Positions 8,184 through 17,366 of a stretch of DNA of 64,000 nt are shown in pieces (position 1 is the first letter of the stretch; every line of letters starts with the position of its first letter). The notes below the pieces were generated by a model. The model was not told the origin of the DNA. It searched no databases and was given only the letters and a program-made list of their open reading frames with translations. A program made the translations under genes and the position numbers. The stretch is from a virus, in the IMG/VR virus record IMGVR_UViG_3300024981_000245, one strand, 5' to 3'.

Positions 8184-9719
8184 TCACGCCGCACGAAGAA
8201 CGTGCGATCCGATAGAGCGGTGCAACGCGTACGCCTTTGCGACCAGGGCGCTCAGGATCTCCGTGTCCAGGGATCCGCGCATCATCAAGCGCACATGCTG
8301 GAAGTCGCCGTACTCCTTCGTCATACCATTTCGGAACACGCGCCCGAGGGCTTGCTCCTCGAGCTTCGGGTCGCCGTCCGGCAGGCTCAGCCACACGATC
8401 TTCGACGAACGCAACTGCATGAAGTCCAGGCCCGTGCCACCAGCCTGAACGGTGAGCACGATGTACTTCACCTCGCCGCTCAGGTAGGCCTGCTTGATTC
8501 GGTCAGCCTCCTTCGCGCTCATCCCGCCCACCCACGCCTCGCAGCGGTAGCCGGCGGCCGTCATGCGCTCGGCGGTCAGCTTCGCGAACTTGCGGCTGTC
8601 CGTCATCAGGATCACCGGCTGCCCGCCCCAGGCATCCAGAATCCCGCGCAGTGCACTCAGCTTCGCGCTCGGCGCGTCGACGGCGAAATCGACATCACCC
8701 TTCTCATTCAGTGACAGAGCGGCAAGGGCAACCTGGCGAAGGCGCACACGCAGCACCGCGGGAATGTCGGCGACGAGCGGCTCACGCTCCCCCGACCAGC
8801 CGTCCACCCAGGACAGCAGCTCCGCTTTCAGCTCGGCGTACTGGCGCGCCTGCTCAGGCGTCGGGTCGACCAGCACCTCGATCGCCTTCGGGGCCTGCTC
8901 GGCATTCTCGCCACGCATGTACAGCGGAAGGCTCCGAGCGAATGCACCGGGCTCGCGCTCGATGTGATTCATCATCGCTTTACCGCCCACGTAGACGGGC
9001 TTGCCTTGACCGTTGAGCTTCGGAGTCTTCACGAAGAACTGCTCGAGCCATGTCCAGTACGCAGGCACCAGATCTGGCCACAGCCAGCGCGGCGTTGCCC
9101 AGCCGTGCTCGGCGAAGTCGTTGCCCGACCATGTTGCGCTCAGTGCGATCTTCCAGTCGGACTTGATCTGAAGGATGGACTTGCGCATCTCGCTGTTGCG
9201 GTTCGCTGTCCCGTGACTCTCATCGTGGATGATCGCGTCCAGCGGGCCGTGCTTCTCGCTCATCTTGCGGAAGATTCCCAGGCGCACCGTCTCACGCTGC
9301 ACCTTGTCGGTCGGCAAGCCCGTCTTCTTGTCGATGGCCATGAGCGGGTTGCCCTGGCTGTCCTGCTTGTCGCGGTATTCGACGTCCTGGCGGTGCAGCC
9401 AGTTCATCGTCGCAGCGTAGTGGCCGGGCTTGCCGGCGAGGAAGTCCTCGAACGCTGATTTTCCATCCTTCGTGGTCTTCATCATGCGCAGATTGATCTT
9501 GCCGTCAGACTGCGCAGCAAGGCGCTCGTGCCACTGGCTGAAGGTCTTGTCGATGATGATGTAGAGCACGCGCTCCCATCCCGCCCGGTGCACCACCTCT
9601 GAGGTGATAAGCGTTTTTCCAAACCCGGTCTGCGACCCGATCAGGGCCGCATGCGTGGGTTCGGCGAGGATGCGCAGGATGGCGTGCTCCTGCTCGGGGC
9701 GGGGTGTGAGCTTCGTCAT
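8184..9719 (-). CDS. Superfamily 2 (SNF2/DEAD-like) DNA helicase
   Basis: QTGFGKT, IIHDESH, LSATWSG, QAGGTGLD, QALGRVFR; true start ATG 9719. Confidence 0.88.
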   Translation of the reverse strand: MTKLTPRPEQEHAILRILAEPTHAALIGSQTGFGKTLITSEVVHRAGWERVLYIIIDKTFSQWHERLAAQSDGKINLRMMKTTKDGKSAFEDFLAGKPGHYAATMNWLHRQDVEYRDKQDSQGNPLMAIDKKTGLPTDKVQRETVRLGIFRKMSEKHGPLDAIIHDESHGTANRNSEMRKSILQIKSDWKIALSATWSGNDFAEHGWATPRWLWPDLVPAYWTWLEQFFVKTPKLNGQGKPVYVGGKAMMNHIEREPGAFARSLPLYMRGENAEQAPKAIEVLVDPTPEQARQYAELKAELLSWVDGWSGEREPLVADIPAVLRVRLRQVALAALSLNEKGDVDFAVDAPSAKLSALRGILDAWGGQPVILMTDSRKFAKLTAERMTAAGYRCEAWVGGMSAKEADRIKQAYLSGEVKYIVLTVQAGGTGLDFMQLRSSKIVWLSLPDGDPKLEEQALGRVFRNGMTKEYGDFQHVRLMMRGSLDTEILSALVAKAYALHRSIGSHVLRAA

Positions 9720-10291
9720 GCGGCCTTCTTTGTCTCCACGTATTCCAGCGCCCGCTTCTCCCAGACGCCATCCTTCGCCAGGACCACCTTGACCACCGGC
9801 TGCATCCAGGCCTCGTCGCCACCCACCGGGAGCAGCTTGGCGCCGGAGACTGTGAAGTCCCAGGCGCCTGCCTCGGCGGAGCCTGTGATCTGCTGGTACT
9901 CGGCCATGTCCTCGTCCGTCAGGCTCACGGTAAGAACGTCGCCGTTCAGCGTGAAGCGGGAGTCCGTTCCATCGGGAGTGTTCGCGATGGTCGGCGTGAC
10001 CGGCGCATCTTCGAGGTAGGCGAGCCCGTCCTCGATGGCGCTCTTCACGGTGGCCACCGCCGACGTGCGCATGCCGATGCCTGCCTCGGAGGATCCGCCG
10101 ATGCGGCGCAGCGGAACCTTGAGCGTCGCCGCCTTCGCTGCGGCCTTGTTGCGCTCGATCTCGAACGTGCGCAGGTACTCGGCCTTCGCGCGGCGCGCGC
10201 GCTCGTCCGCCTCGGGGATCGCCTGCAAGAGGCGTGTCTGAGCCGCGGTGACGTGATCGAGTGCGATCTGCTGTTCTTCGTTGAGGTTCAT
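9716..10291 (-). CDS. Hypothetical protein
   Basis: SD plus ATG 10291. Confidence 0.7.
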   Translation of the reverse strand: MNLNEEQQIALDHVTAAQTRLLQAIPEADERARRAKAEYLRTFEIERNKAAAKAATLKVPLRRIGGSSEAGIGMRTSAVATVKSAIEDGLAYLEDAPVTPTIANTPDGTDSRFTLNGDVLTVSLTDEDMAEYQQITGSAEAGAWDFTVSGAKLLPVGGDEAWMQPVVKVVLAKDGVWEKRALEYVETKKAA

Positions 10292-10431
10292 ACCTTCTCT
10301 CCTTCTTGCTCTCGTTCGGCTGCGCCGTGAGCCTTGGCATAGTGATCTGCCCACATGATGGACGCCGCGACGCCGTTCCACTGGTAGAAGCCATGACCAC
10401 AGTCGGGGCAGTAGACGACAGTGATGCTCAC
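10288..10431 (-). CDS. Small CxxC protein (47 aa)
   Basis: Hand-translated; coupled at both ends. Confidence 0.5.
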   Translation of the reverse strand: MSITVVYCPDCGHGFYQWNGVAASIMWADHYAKAHGAAEREQEGEKV

Positions 10432-10862
10432 GACAGATCACCCGAACCGTGTTCCGACGCAGTGAACGCCTCCGCCGCTTCCCACACCTGCTCAGACGGG
10501 ATTCCGCGAGCGTCGAGGTAGTCGAACATCAGCTCGTGCAGCAGACCGCCGTCCTCGGTGAAGTGCCAGAGTCGGCGTGCGACGTCGTTCGCCTGCTCGC
10601 GCGACACCTCCTGGATCGCGACGAGCGCTGCCGTGACCTGCGCCTCAGCGATCATCGCTGTCATGGCGTCGAGGTAGCGGCGCATCGCGTCCTGGTACTC
10701 CGGATCGTCCTTCGACATCCGGAAGACGCGCGCTGAGAGCGGTCGCGTCTCAGCGGACCACCCCATCGCGAGGCGCGCACCGTGCACGATCAGCGCATCG
10801 GCCGTCGCATCCTCCTCACGCTCCGGCCACGCCGTCAGCTTCAGCAGATCGTCCTTCTCCAT
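10428..10862 (-). CDS. Hypothetical protein
   Basis: ORF with SD. Confidence 0.7.
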   Translation of the reverse strand: MEKDDLLKLTAWPEREEDATADALIVHGARLAMGWSAETRPLSARVFRMSKDDPEYQDAMRRYLDAMTAMIAEAQVTAALVAIQEVSREQANDVARRLWHFTEDGGLLHELMFDYLDARGIPSEQVWEAAEAFTASEHGSGDLS

Positions 10863-10893
10863 CACAGGCTCCTACCGTTCGTGTTGTTCTCGG

Positions 10894-11223
10894 TCATCGC
10901 TGGATGATCGTGATCGGGAAAGCGTTCGGAGTCTCGGATGTGACGCCGCTCCACGACATCCACCAGCCGTCCTGGTCGCCGTCGCCGCGGTCGATGTGCA
11001 CGGCCCAGAGGTGCTGCACGTCGCTCTCTTGGTGCTTCTCCGCCTCTCCGCCGACGCACAGCACGTCGTACTCGTGCACTGTCTTGGTGAACGCTGCGGG
11101 GTCTTGGTGGCCGTGCGCCATGATCAGGGCGTCCTCTGACTCCACGAAGGGGAAGACGCGATCGGCATCCCATCGCATGTCGAAGTCGGAAGCGGTGAGC
11201 GGGGGCAGCGTCTTGGTGGTCAT
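10894..11223 (-). CDS. Hypothetical protein
   Basis: SD GGAGG. Confidence 0.7.
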   Translation of the reverse strand: MTTKTLPPLTASDFDMRWDADRVFPFVESEDALIMAHGHQDPAAFTKTVHEYDVLCVGGEAEKHQESDVQHLWAVHIDRGDGDQDGWWMSWSGVTSETPNAFPITIIQR

Positions 11224-11263
11224 GATTCCTCCTGGGTACGGTTCGTGTGGTTGGGTGTCTGGT

Positions 11264-11545
11264 TCATGCCGCCACCGCCATGCCGGCGAGGCGGTCGTAG
11301 AGGGTGTCCTCGGAGTCGATCTCCAGCAGATCCAGCACGCCGAAAGGGCGGTGCATCAGGTCGTGCCAGGCGGCCTCTGATGCGCGGATGGATTCAGCCG
11401 GCGCGAAGAAGCCGGACAGCTCTGCCTCGTGCTCGACGGCGCCTTGCAGCGCCTGGTCGATCTGGGCATCCGTGCGGAAGATACCCACCCCAAAGAGGTC
11501 ATCGTGGATCTCGTCGATGATGTACTGCGGATTGATGGTGCTCAC
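11264..11545 (-). CDS. Hypothetical protein
   Basis: Coupled ORF. Confidence 0.65.
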   Translation of the reverse strand: MSTINPQYIIDEIHDDLFGVGIFRTDAQIDQALQGAVEHEAELSGFFAPAESIRASEAAWHDLMHRPFGVLDLLEIDSEDTLYDRLAGMAVAA

Positions 11546-11841
11546 TTCCCCACCTCCGCGCTCGTGCCGATTGCATCAGCTAGCATGCGCAACAGCTCCG
11601 CGACGTGGACGGCGTACTCCGGCGACTCGGACTCGAACGCACGGGCGATCAGCGCCGCCTGGAGGCTGGACTCGAGCTTGCCGCCCCAGGAGCGGAACTC
11701 CTGCGTCATGCCGATCAGGAAGTCGGTCTGATCCGTGGAGCTGGCTCCGCCGAACGTGCGGCCCAGGTCGTTCCAGTCGATCTCGATGGACACGACCGCC
11801 TGGCCGATGGGCGTTTCGGCGGTCTGAGTGATGGTTGTCAT
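11542..11841 (-). CDS. Hypothetical protein
   Basis: Coupled ORF. Confidence 0.65.
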   Translation of the reverse strand: MTTITQTAETPIGQAVVSIEIDWNDLGRTFGGASSTDQTDFLIGMTQEFRSWGGKLESSLQAALIARAFESESPEYAVHVAELLRMLADAIGTSAEVGK

Positions 11842-12035
11842 GCGATAGCTCCTTCGATTGTCAGTTCCAGGTAGCCGAACTCAAGTCCGGCACAGATGAG
11901 GTGGTCGTACATCTTGACGAGGTGCGCGGGGGCGTCGGGGCTGATGTACAGATCCCCGCCCGCTGTCTCCTGTGTATAGGGCTCCAGCGCCGCCTCGTAG
12001 CGGGTGAGAGCGTCGTTCCAGTCGGACTTTTTCAC
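11838..12035 (-). CDS. Hypothetical protein
   Basis: GTG start, coupled. Confidence 0.55.
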   Translation of the reverse strand: MKKSDWNDALTRYEAALEPYTQETAGGDLYISPDAPAHLVKMYDHLICAGLEFGYLELTIEGAIA

Positions 12036-12226
12036 TCGTCCCCCTTCATCCAGAGGAAGAGGCAGAGCGTTGTCACCGTCGTACCCCACGCGATGCCGAG
12101 AATCGTGTTCACGATGTAGCTCGCGTAGTTGAAAGCCAGCATGACGTTGATGATGATCGGGGCGCCGGCGAGGATCAGGACGATGAACAGGGCCAGCGCC
12201 AGATAGCGGACTAATTGAGCGGTCAT
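12032..12226 (-). CDS. Small two-TM membrane protein
   Basis: Two hydrophobic stretches. Confidence 0.65.
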   Translation of the reverse strand: MTAQLVRYLALALFIVLILAGAPIIINVMLAFNYASYIVNTILGIAWGTTVTTLCLFLWMKGDE

Positions 12227-12519
12227 CGCTCACCCACCAAGTCGCGCAACGCTTCAGCGAGACACTCCGCCGTCTCGTGGGGTCCATTCAGCTCATCACG
12301 GTCGTACTGGGCGAGAAGTTCGCGCGCTCCGGCCTCCAGCTCTGCGCGCTGCGCCCGGTCGGCTTCGATGGCAGCGTGCATCAGGTCGAAAATGTCCGCA
12401 GCCGTGTATTCGTCGCGCACATCCAGAACGCGCGACATAGTTGCGTGCGCAGACGCCCCGGCCTCGGGGCCGTAGGTAGCCTGCACGACTTCCGCCGCGA
12501 TCTGCTCGGGCGTCTTCAT
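12223..12519 (-). CDS. Hypothetical protein
   Basis: MKTPEQIAAEVV... Confidence 0.6.
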   Translation of the reverse strand: MKTPEQIAAEVVQATYGPEAGASAHATMSRVLDVRDEYTAADIFDLMHAAIEADRAQRAELEAGARELLAQYDRDELNGPHETAECLAEALRDLVGER

Positions 12520-12527
12520 CTGAGCGG

Positions 12528-12818
12528 TCAATTCATTGCCTCCATTTCCAGGGCGTGCATGATCTGAGAAGGCGCCGGCGTCTGGCTGGCGTGCAACTCG
12601 GGGTTGTGCAGGAGAACCGCCGCCCAGAGCGGGCGTCCATTCTTCGTGACCGCCTCGCGGGCGGCATTGTAGTAGCGGGCGGTGATCGGCCCGTGAAACG
12701 CGCACACGGCCTTGTAGACGTTCGCGCGGTCAGCGTCCGTGAACGCGGGGTGAGCGGCAATCGCGGCGTGCGTGCGTTCGAGAGCGGCATAGGCGAGGGT
12801 GGGGGCCGGCATCGTCAT
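12528..12818 (-). CDS. Hypothetical protein
   Basis: Coupled ORF. Confidence 0.65.
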   Translation of the reverse strand: MTMPAPTLAYAALERTHAAIAAHPAFTDADRANVYKAVCAFHGPITARYYNAAREAVTKNGRPLWAAVLLHNPELHASQTPAPSQIMHALEMEAMN

Positions 12819-13180
12819 GCGTTCACCCGCCGCCGTTGCTCTTCGTCCCGCTCGGCTTGCACGAGATCTTCGAGCACATCCCGCGCGGTGCGATCGGCAC
12901 CGATGCCGAGGATGCTGACCCGGTACAGCTCCGTTTCTGCGTCACTCATGAAGTCCCACTCTGAGCGCAGGTGCTGATACAGATCGAAAGCATCGGCCGC
13001 GCTGAGGGCGTACGGGTTGACGAGTCCGGCCTCGCCCATCCAGTCCCACAACTCACCCAGGAGGTCGAGAAGCGCGCCGGGCTTGTCGGCGTAGGTCTGC
13101 GGGTTCTTGGCTGCGTCCTCCCATGCTGAGTACAGATCAGCGGGGATGTCGGTCTGATGGAACCACTTCGGTGCGCTCAC
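12815..13180 (-). CDS. Hypothetical protein
   Basis: GTG start, coupled. Confidence 0.6.
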   Translation of the reverse strand: MSAPKWFHQTDIPADLYSAWEDAAKNPQTYADKPGALLDLLGELWDWMGEAGLVNPYALSAADAFDLYQHLRSEWDFMSDAETELYRVSILGIGADRTARDVLEDLVQAERDEEQRRRVNA

Positions 13181-13431
13181 TTGACACGCTCCATCCACGT
13201 GATGCGAACGCCGTGTGCGCCGCACGTTTCGCATACCAGATAGCAGGATCGCCGGTGCGCCTGAAAGTCGGCGTTCGCCGTCCAACGGGCGTGCTCGTCG
13301 CACATGAGCTTGATGCACGGGCACGTTGCGTGTACCTCGTAATCGGCGCGCATCTCGCAGTCGGGAGCGTCACACACGGGCGGCCCGGGGGTGAAGTCCA
13401 GGGCGTCAAGGACGGGGGATGCGAGGGTCAT
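13177..13431 (-). CDS. Cys-rich zinc-binding hypothetical protein
   Basis: CDAPDC, CPC..MCDEH, CETC. Confidence 0.6.
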   Translation of the reverse strand: MTLASPVLDALDFTPGPPVCDAPDCEMRADYEVHATCPCIKLMCDEHARWTANADFQAHRRSCYLVCETCGAHGVRITWMERVK

Positions 13432-14015
13432 GCGTAGTCCTCGATCCGCTGAGAGTAGCCGGGGCGCGGGTCGAAATCCACAGCTTCGCCGTGGAAACGG
13501 ATACCCGTGCGAAGCTTCGTGCCTGACCAGACGTAGGGCATCGGGTCCAGCGGCAGCGTGATCGCCACGCTGCGCGGGCGTCCATCCTTGCGCGTGCTCA
13601 TCGCCCCGGCTCCCATCCGCCCCGGCTCCCATCCGCTGCGGCGGGCATCGTGCTCGCACGAGTCGCACATGCTGACCGGCTGCGCGAGCTTGGGCCAGTG
13701 ATTCATCTCGTCCTCTTCGACGTACTCTCCGCACACCGGGCAACGCACCTTCCCGAGGCGGTCGAAGTAGACCCAGGCGTCCTCGCCGTCGATGGTTGCA
13801 ACCTCGTAGTCCAGGTCGTCGTTATCCGGCGAGGGTCCGTCCGCGTCCGCTTCGGTGCCGTTGTCGCACATCCACTGGTCGAAGTCGGGCGTCGGGTAGC
13901 CGTTGTCATCGAAGTAGGTCGGGTCGCTCAGCATCTCCTCGGGAACGTCTGCCGTCCATGTCGAGTGGATGCGGATATTGCGGCTGCGGGTCATCTCGAC
14001 CTTGACGGCGCTCAT
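13428..14015 (-). CDS. Acidic hypothetical protein with zinc ribbon
   Basis: CPVCG...CDSC. Confidence 0.65.
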   Translation of the reverse strand: MSAVKVEMTRSRNIRIHSTWTADVPEEMLSDPTYFDDNGYPTPDFDQWMCDNGTEADADGPSPDNDDLDYEVATIDGEDAWVYFDRLGKVRCPVCGEYVEEDEMNHWPKLAQPVSMCDSCEHDARRSGWEPGRMGAGAMSTRKDGRPRSVAITLPLDPMPYVWSGTKLRTGIRFHGEAVDFDPRPGYSQRIEDYA

Positions 14016-14293
14016 GCTCGCCCCTCCTTAACGGCCCAGCGGCGCAGCTGCGCGCGGCTGGCGGGCGCCGTATTGACAGCCTCGCCAAACGGCGGCCTAC
14101 GGTGGCTGAAGCCTCCCGTAACGACACTGACGGCGTGAAGGATCTCAACGCTCGCATCTGCGTCGCCAGGGATCAGGGTGCGCAGCGGGTCGGATGCTTC
14201 GCCGGCGTTGATCTTCGGAAGAAGCTCAACGGAACGAATCGCGGCGGCGCGCAGGGCGTCGGGGAGCGTGCGGGCTTCGCTGTGCGTGTTCAC
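14012..14293 (-). CDS. Hypothetical protein
   Basis: GTG start, coupled. Confidence 0.55.
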   Translation of the reverse strand: MNTHSEARTLPDALRAAAIRSVELLPKINAGEASDPLRTLIPGDADASVEILHAVSVVTGGFSHRRPPFGEAVNTAPASRAQLRRWAVKEGRA

Positions 14294-14706
14294 AGTTCGC
14301 CTCCCACTTGGAAAGCGGCGCGGCGGGCGAAGTCGAGCGCGGTCTCTGCGTCCAGCTGGGGCGTGTAGTCCTCCGAGAGGATCCATTGCTCGGCGATGCG
14401 CTCGGTAAGCGCGCCCTCGTCCGGTCGCCACACCTTCACGACGTAGAGAACGTCAATAGAGCCGTCGGAATGCTCGTTCTCCATGCGCTCGGCCCAGTAG
14501 ACGGCGGAGCTAAACGGCGCCTCCCACGGCATCCCTACGAGGCGCGAATGAAACGACTCCATCTCACGGCGGCCGAACTGGTGACCAGAGAAGCCGGCGC
14601 GCTCCTCGGCGGCGCTCAGGCTGTCGATGAGGCACTGCCACTGGGTTGCACGGCGGGCCTGTGCGAGCGTGCGCAGCTCGGCGGGGTTGCGGCGAGTGGT
14701 GTTCAT
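14290..14706 (-). CDS. Hypothetical protein
   Basis: ATG 14706, coupled. Confidence 0.6.
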   Translation of the reverse strand: MNTTRRNPAELRTLAQARRATQWQCLIDSLSAAEERAGFSGHQFGRREMESFHSRLVGMPWEAPFSSAVYWAERMENEHSDGSIDVLYVVKVWRPDEGALTERIAEQWILSEDYTPQLDAETALDFARRAAFQVGGEL

Positions 14707-14825
14707 CGCGCACGCCCCGATGCGCTCACGCGGACAGATCCGAGCTTGACGGCGCGAGCCTGACGGGTGGCAATGGTCCTTGCCTTGCCGGCGGTGCCGG
14801 CCTTTCGAGTTGTGTAGCGAGCCAC
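14703..14825 (-). CDS. 40-aa highly basic peptide
   Basis: GGAGG SD plus GTG; MARYTTRKAGTAGKARTIATRQARAVKLGSVRVSASGRAR; coupled to the next gene. Confidence 0.6.
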   Translation of the reverse strand: MARYTTRKAGTAGKARTIATRQARAVKLGSVRVSASGRAR

Positions 14826-14831
14826 GGCGGC

Positions 14832-15546
14832 CTCCTGGGTTGTGGGTGTGGTGGTTGAAGTTGTGGACGGTTATGCGGCGCGCTTCACGGGCTGCGCGAG
14901 GATCACGAGCCGATCCCCCACGGTGCCGAGCACGGGGCCGGGGAACCGGGAGTGTGCGGGCGCGGGAGTGAGCTGGAATCGCATAGGGAGATCCTTCGCC
15001 TTCGCGACGCGGGCGAGCGGCGCGGCGGACTTGGCGAGCTTGGCCAGCATGGCGGCACCGAGCGAGAACGGCTCGGCGTCGATCGTCGCGTCGGAGACCT
15101 CGGGAATGAGCCGGTCGACGGGCGGGAAGTTGCCCGTGAGGGCCACGAAGGTGCGCGACTCGACCGCGACGCCGCCGCGCGTTAGGGTGACCGTGTTGTC
15201 GGTGATCGTGAGCGTTTCTTCCACGTAGCGGACCGGCTTGAGCTTGCTCGCCCATGCGGCCACGTCGGCGGGGATGACCACGGACCAGTCAGGCTCAGCC
15301 GGGCCGCTCTCGCCGTGGCGCTCGACCGACTCGGCATAGGTGGTGTGCTCGAAGCGGGCGACGCTGTACCGGTCGGTGGCCGTGAGGTAGCGGTGGCCCA
15401 CCCGGACGCCTGTGATGATGGTCATCACCTTGTCGGCGGATGCGTGGACGGTGACCGCGGCGAAGCCGGCGACAAGCTCAGGCGTGAGGGGAAGAGTGAC
15501 GGACATGTGATGTCTCCTGGTGTTGTGGGTGTGGTTGAAGTTGTGG
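14832..15546. repeat. ~35-bp direct repeat (14832-14866 and 15514-15546) containing the SD, flanking the clamp-like gene
   Basis: ctcctgg(g/tg)ttgtgggtgtgg(tgg)ttgaagttgtgg. Confidence 0.85.
14871..15506 (-). CDS. DNA polymerase III beta-clamp-like protein (short, 211 aa)
   Basis: LTATDRYSVA and GNFPPVDRLIP resemble DnaN ATDRYRL and G.FP...LIP motifs. Confidence 0.6.
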   Translation of the reverse strand: MSVTLPLTPELVAGFAAVTVHASADKVMTIITGVRVGHRYLTATDRYSVARFEHTTYAESVERHGESGPAEPDWSVVIPADVAAWASKLKPVRYVEETLTITDNTVTLTRGGVAVESRTFVALTGNFPPVDRLIPEVSDATIDAEPFSLGAAMLAKLAKSAAPLARVAKAKDLPMRFQLTPAPAHSRFPGPVLGTVGDRLVILAQPVKRAA

Positions 15547-15554
15547 CGTCCCGT

Positions 15555-15599
15555 TTAGTGGACTAATCCGATTCTAGCGAAGGTGATTGCCGGTGTCTA
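15555..15599 (-). promoter_or_regulatory. Leftward sigma-A-type promoter with operator at the start site
   Basis: -35 TAGACA (15594-15599), 17 nt, -10 TAGAAT (15571-15576), exact operator 15555-15566; variant TTATTGGACTAA at 15604-15615. Confidence 0.8.
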
Positions 15600-15619
15600 C
15601 AGATTATTGGACTAAATCT

Positions 15620-16060
15620 GTTGGATTCAGGAAACTCTCAGGAATGAGTTTGAGGGTGGTCTACGAATCGGGGCCACTCTACACATTCGGACCGCGTTTC
15701 CGAGTATGCAATTGTTTTGTGCCTGTCGAGGGCGAAAAAGTTGTGAAAGTAGACCCCCGCGTGATAATCGGGTAAGCACAAAGCTGATTTGTGTTTGGAC
15801 CATATGTGTTGTTGTCTGGGAGTTTGCTGAGAGCGCGAGGCCTTGAAAACACTGGAGTCTTGTTTTTGAAGCTTAAGAGACCATAAGTAAGAATGTGATT
15901 CATATATATATGGTAATAGGATAAGTACGTTCTAAAATGGAGTGTCAAAAACTTCTCGAAATGTGGGTTTCAACCCATCGTTGAGCCGCTTGGATTCGGT
16001 CGTCGGCTGGTTGACGTCGATGGTTCGATGTGTTAAGGTTCGCGATTCACGCTAGCCGGT
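15620..16060. other. AT-rich non-coding island (candidate replication origin)
   Basis: 39/120 G+C counted over 15841-15960; palindrome CATATATATATG at 15901-15912; no credible ORF. Confidence 0.55.
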
Positions 16061-16156
16061 GATCGTTAGTTTTGAACGCTTCACCTGTTCCGCCTCGCGA
16101 CGATGCCGCGGCACGACGCACGCGCGTGATAGTGCACAAGTCTTGCTTTGTCAACT

Positions 16157-16171
16157 TTTGCCCACTAAAAT
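16157..16171 (+). promoter_or_regulatory. Operator variant TTTGCCCACTAA fused to -10 TAAAAT; leaderless promoter
   Basis: -10 is 6 nt before ATG 16178. Confidence 0.65.
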
Positions 16172-16177
16172 CAGAGC

Positions 16178-16399
16178 ATGGAACCTACTCGTAAGCGCGC
16201 AGCCAATCGACTCTCTTACCTCGCCAGTCAGGCCGAGCCCACACTGGATCGGCTCAGAGAAAGGATTGACGATCTGAGCGCCTTGACGCCGATGCCGCTG
16301 CACTCGGTCGCCCGGCTGCGTGCAGCTGTCGATGAGCTTTCCGAAGCCTTGACGGCCTTGCCGCCCGCATCGGTGCTTGCCGGTGCGAAGGTCGCTTAG
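16178..16399 (+). CDS. Hypothetical protein (leaderless)
   Basis: ORF with promoter. Confidence 0.6.
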   Translation: MEPTRKRAANRLSYLASQAEPTLDRLRERIDDLSALTPMPLHSVARLRAAVDELSEALTALPPASVLAGAKVA

Positions 16400-16623
16400 T
16401 GCGAAGCCGCCACCGTCAGAACGATCGCCGCCCACCCGGCCAGCATCCCCGCGACGCCGATTGCCGCGAGCGTTGCAGCTCGAGCCAGGGCGCGAAGGGC
16501 GAGAAATGCTCGCGTGCGGCCCTGTGAGCGCGCGTGCCGCGCTATCTCGGCGTCGGAGTATGCGAGCCAGGCTTGCAGTGTGCGGGCCGCTGTAGCGTCG
16601 CCGGCGAGAGTGTCGGGATGCAT
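16396..16623 (-). CDS. Small membrane protein
   Basis: C-terminal hydrophobic helix. Confidence 0.5.
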   Translation of the reverse strand: MHPDTLAGDATAARTLQAWLAYSDAEIARHARSQGRTRAFLALRALARAATLAAIGVAGMLAGWAAIVLTVAASH

Positions 16624-16625
16624 GG

Positions 16626-16904
16626 TTACTCGCAGTCGCACGTGAGGCCGGCGGCATCAACGGCAGCCGCGATGTCTTCGGACTCGACACCCCAGCGCCA
16701 AGCCATGAGGCGGTGTGCCTCGTCATAGGCGATCTCAGCGTCACAGAAACCGCTGTAGCGGTTGGCGCTAGTCTCGGCGATGGTGGCGCCGTCTTCATCG
16801 AACGCGATCCCGTAGGACTCAGCAGTGGAGGTGCCGCGCGTGATGAAGACGCGAGCGTCGATCTGTCCGATGCGGGACGGGATTGCGAGTTGGATAGTTA
16901 CCAT
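16626..16904 (-). CDS. Hypothetical protein
   Basis: SD GGGAG. Confidence 0.65.
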   Translation of the reverse strand: MVTIQLAIPSRIGQIDARVFITRGTSTAESYGIAFDEDGATIAETSANRYSGFCDAEIAYDEAHRLMAWRWGVESEDIAAAVDAAGLTCDCE

Positions 16905-16916
16905 GATGGTGTCTCC

Positions 16917-17042
16917 CTAGTTGCGTGCCGACATGGCGGCGATGATGGATGCGGCGTGCGAGTAGCCAACCGGGCGGTCCCAGTCAAGGTGTGCGCCCGC
17001 GTTCGGGCGGGGCGGCATGAGCGGCGGCAGTGTGGCGCTCAT
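16917..17042 (-). CDS. Small hypothetical protein
   Basis: 41 aa; weak support. Confidence 0.4.
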   Translation of the reverse strand: MSATLPPLMPPRPNAGAHLDWDRPVGYSHAASIIAAMSARN

Positions 17043-17143
17043 GGCGGGTAGACCCTGGAGGCGAGCGTCAGGCATTAACGGCCCCGTGATACTGGATCGC
17101 GGCGCTAAGGATCTTGGCACCATTCCAGTCGATCTCGGTAACA

Positions 17144-17326
17144 TTACGGGCGCACACTCCCCGGGGCGAACAAGTCCAGTAGAACGCGAGCGTTAGTGCT
17201 CAATCGTTCCGGGTATGTCGTGCAGTTCGAGCAGACCCCCCCGTGGTAGGTGTCCCCATCCCACAGCCCTACAGCGTGGGAGGATGCCATGCCCACGGCG
17301 CTGTGACAGTTGATGCACTTTTCCAT
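17144..17326 (-). CDS. Small zinc-finger protein
   Basis: CINC...CSNC; SD AAGG. Confidence 0.5.
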   Translation of the reverse strand: MEKCINCHSAVGMASSHAVGLWDGDTYHGGVCSNCTTYPERLSTNARVLLDLFAPGSVRP

Positions 17327-17366
17327 TGTTCTAACCTTTCGTCGGGTGTACCACTGAGGGCGAGCG

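Noticed and set aside
9720-10400. 738-aa helicase as given by the ORF track
   Set aside because: The N-terminal 227 codons overlap the real gene 9716-10291 in another frame; motifs begin after ATG 9719
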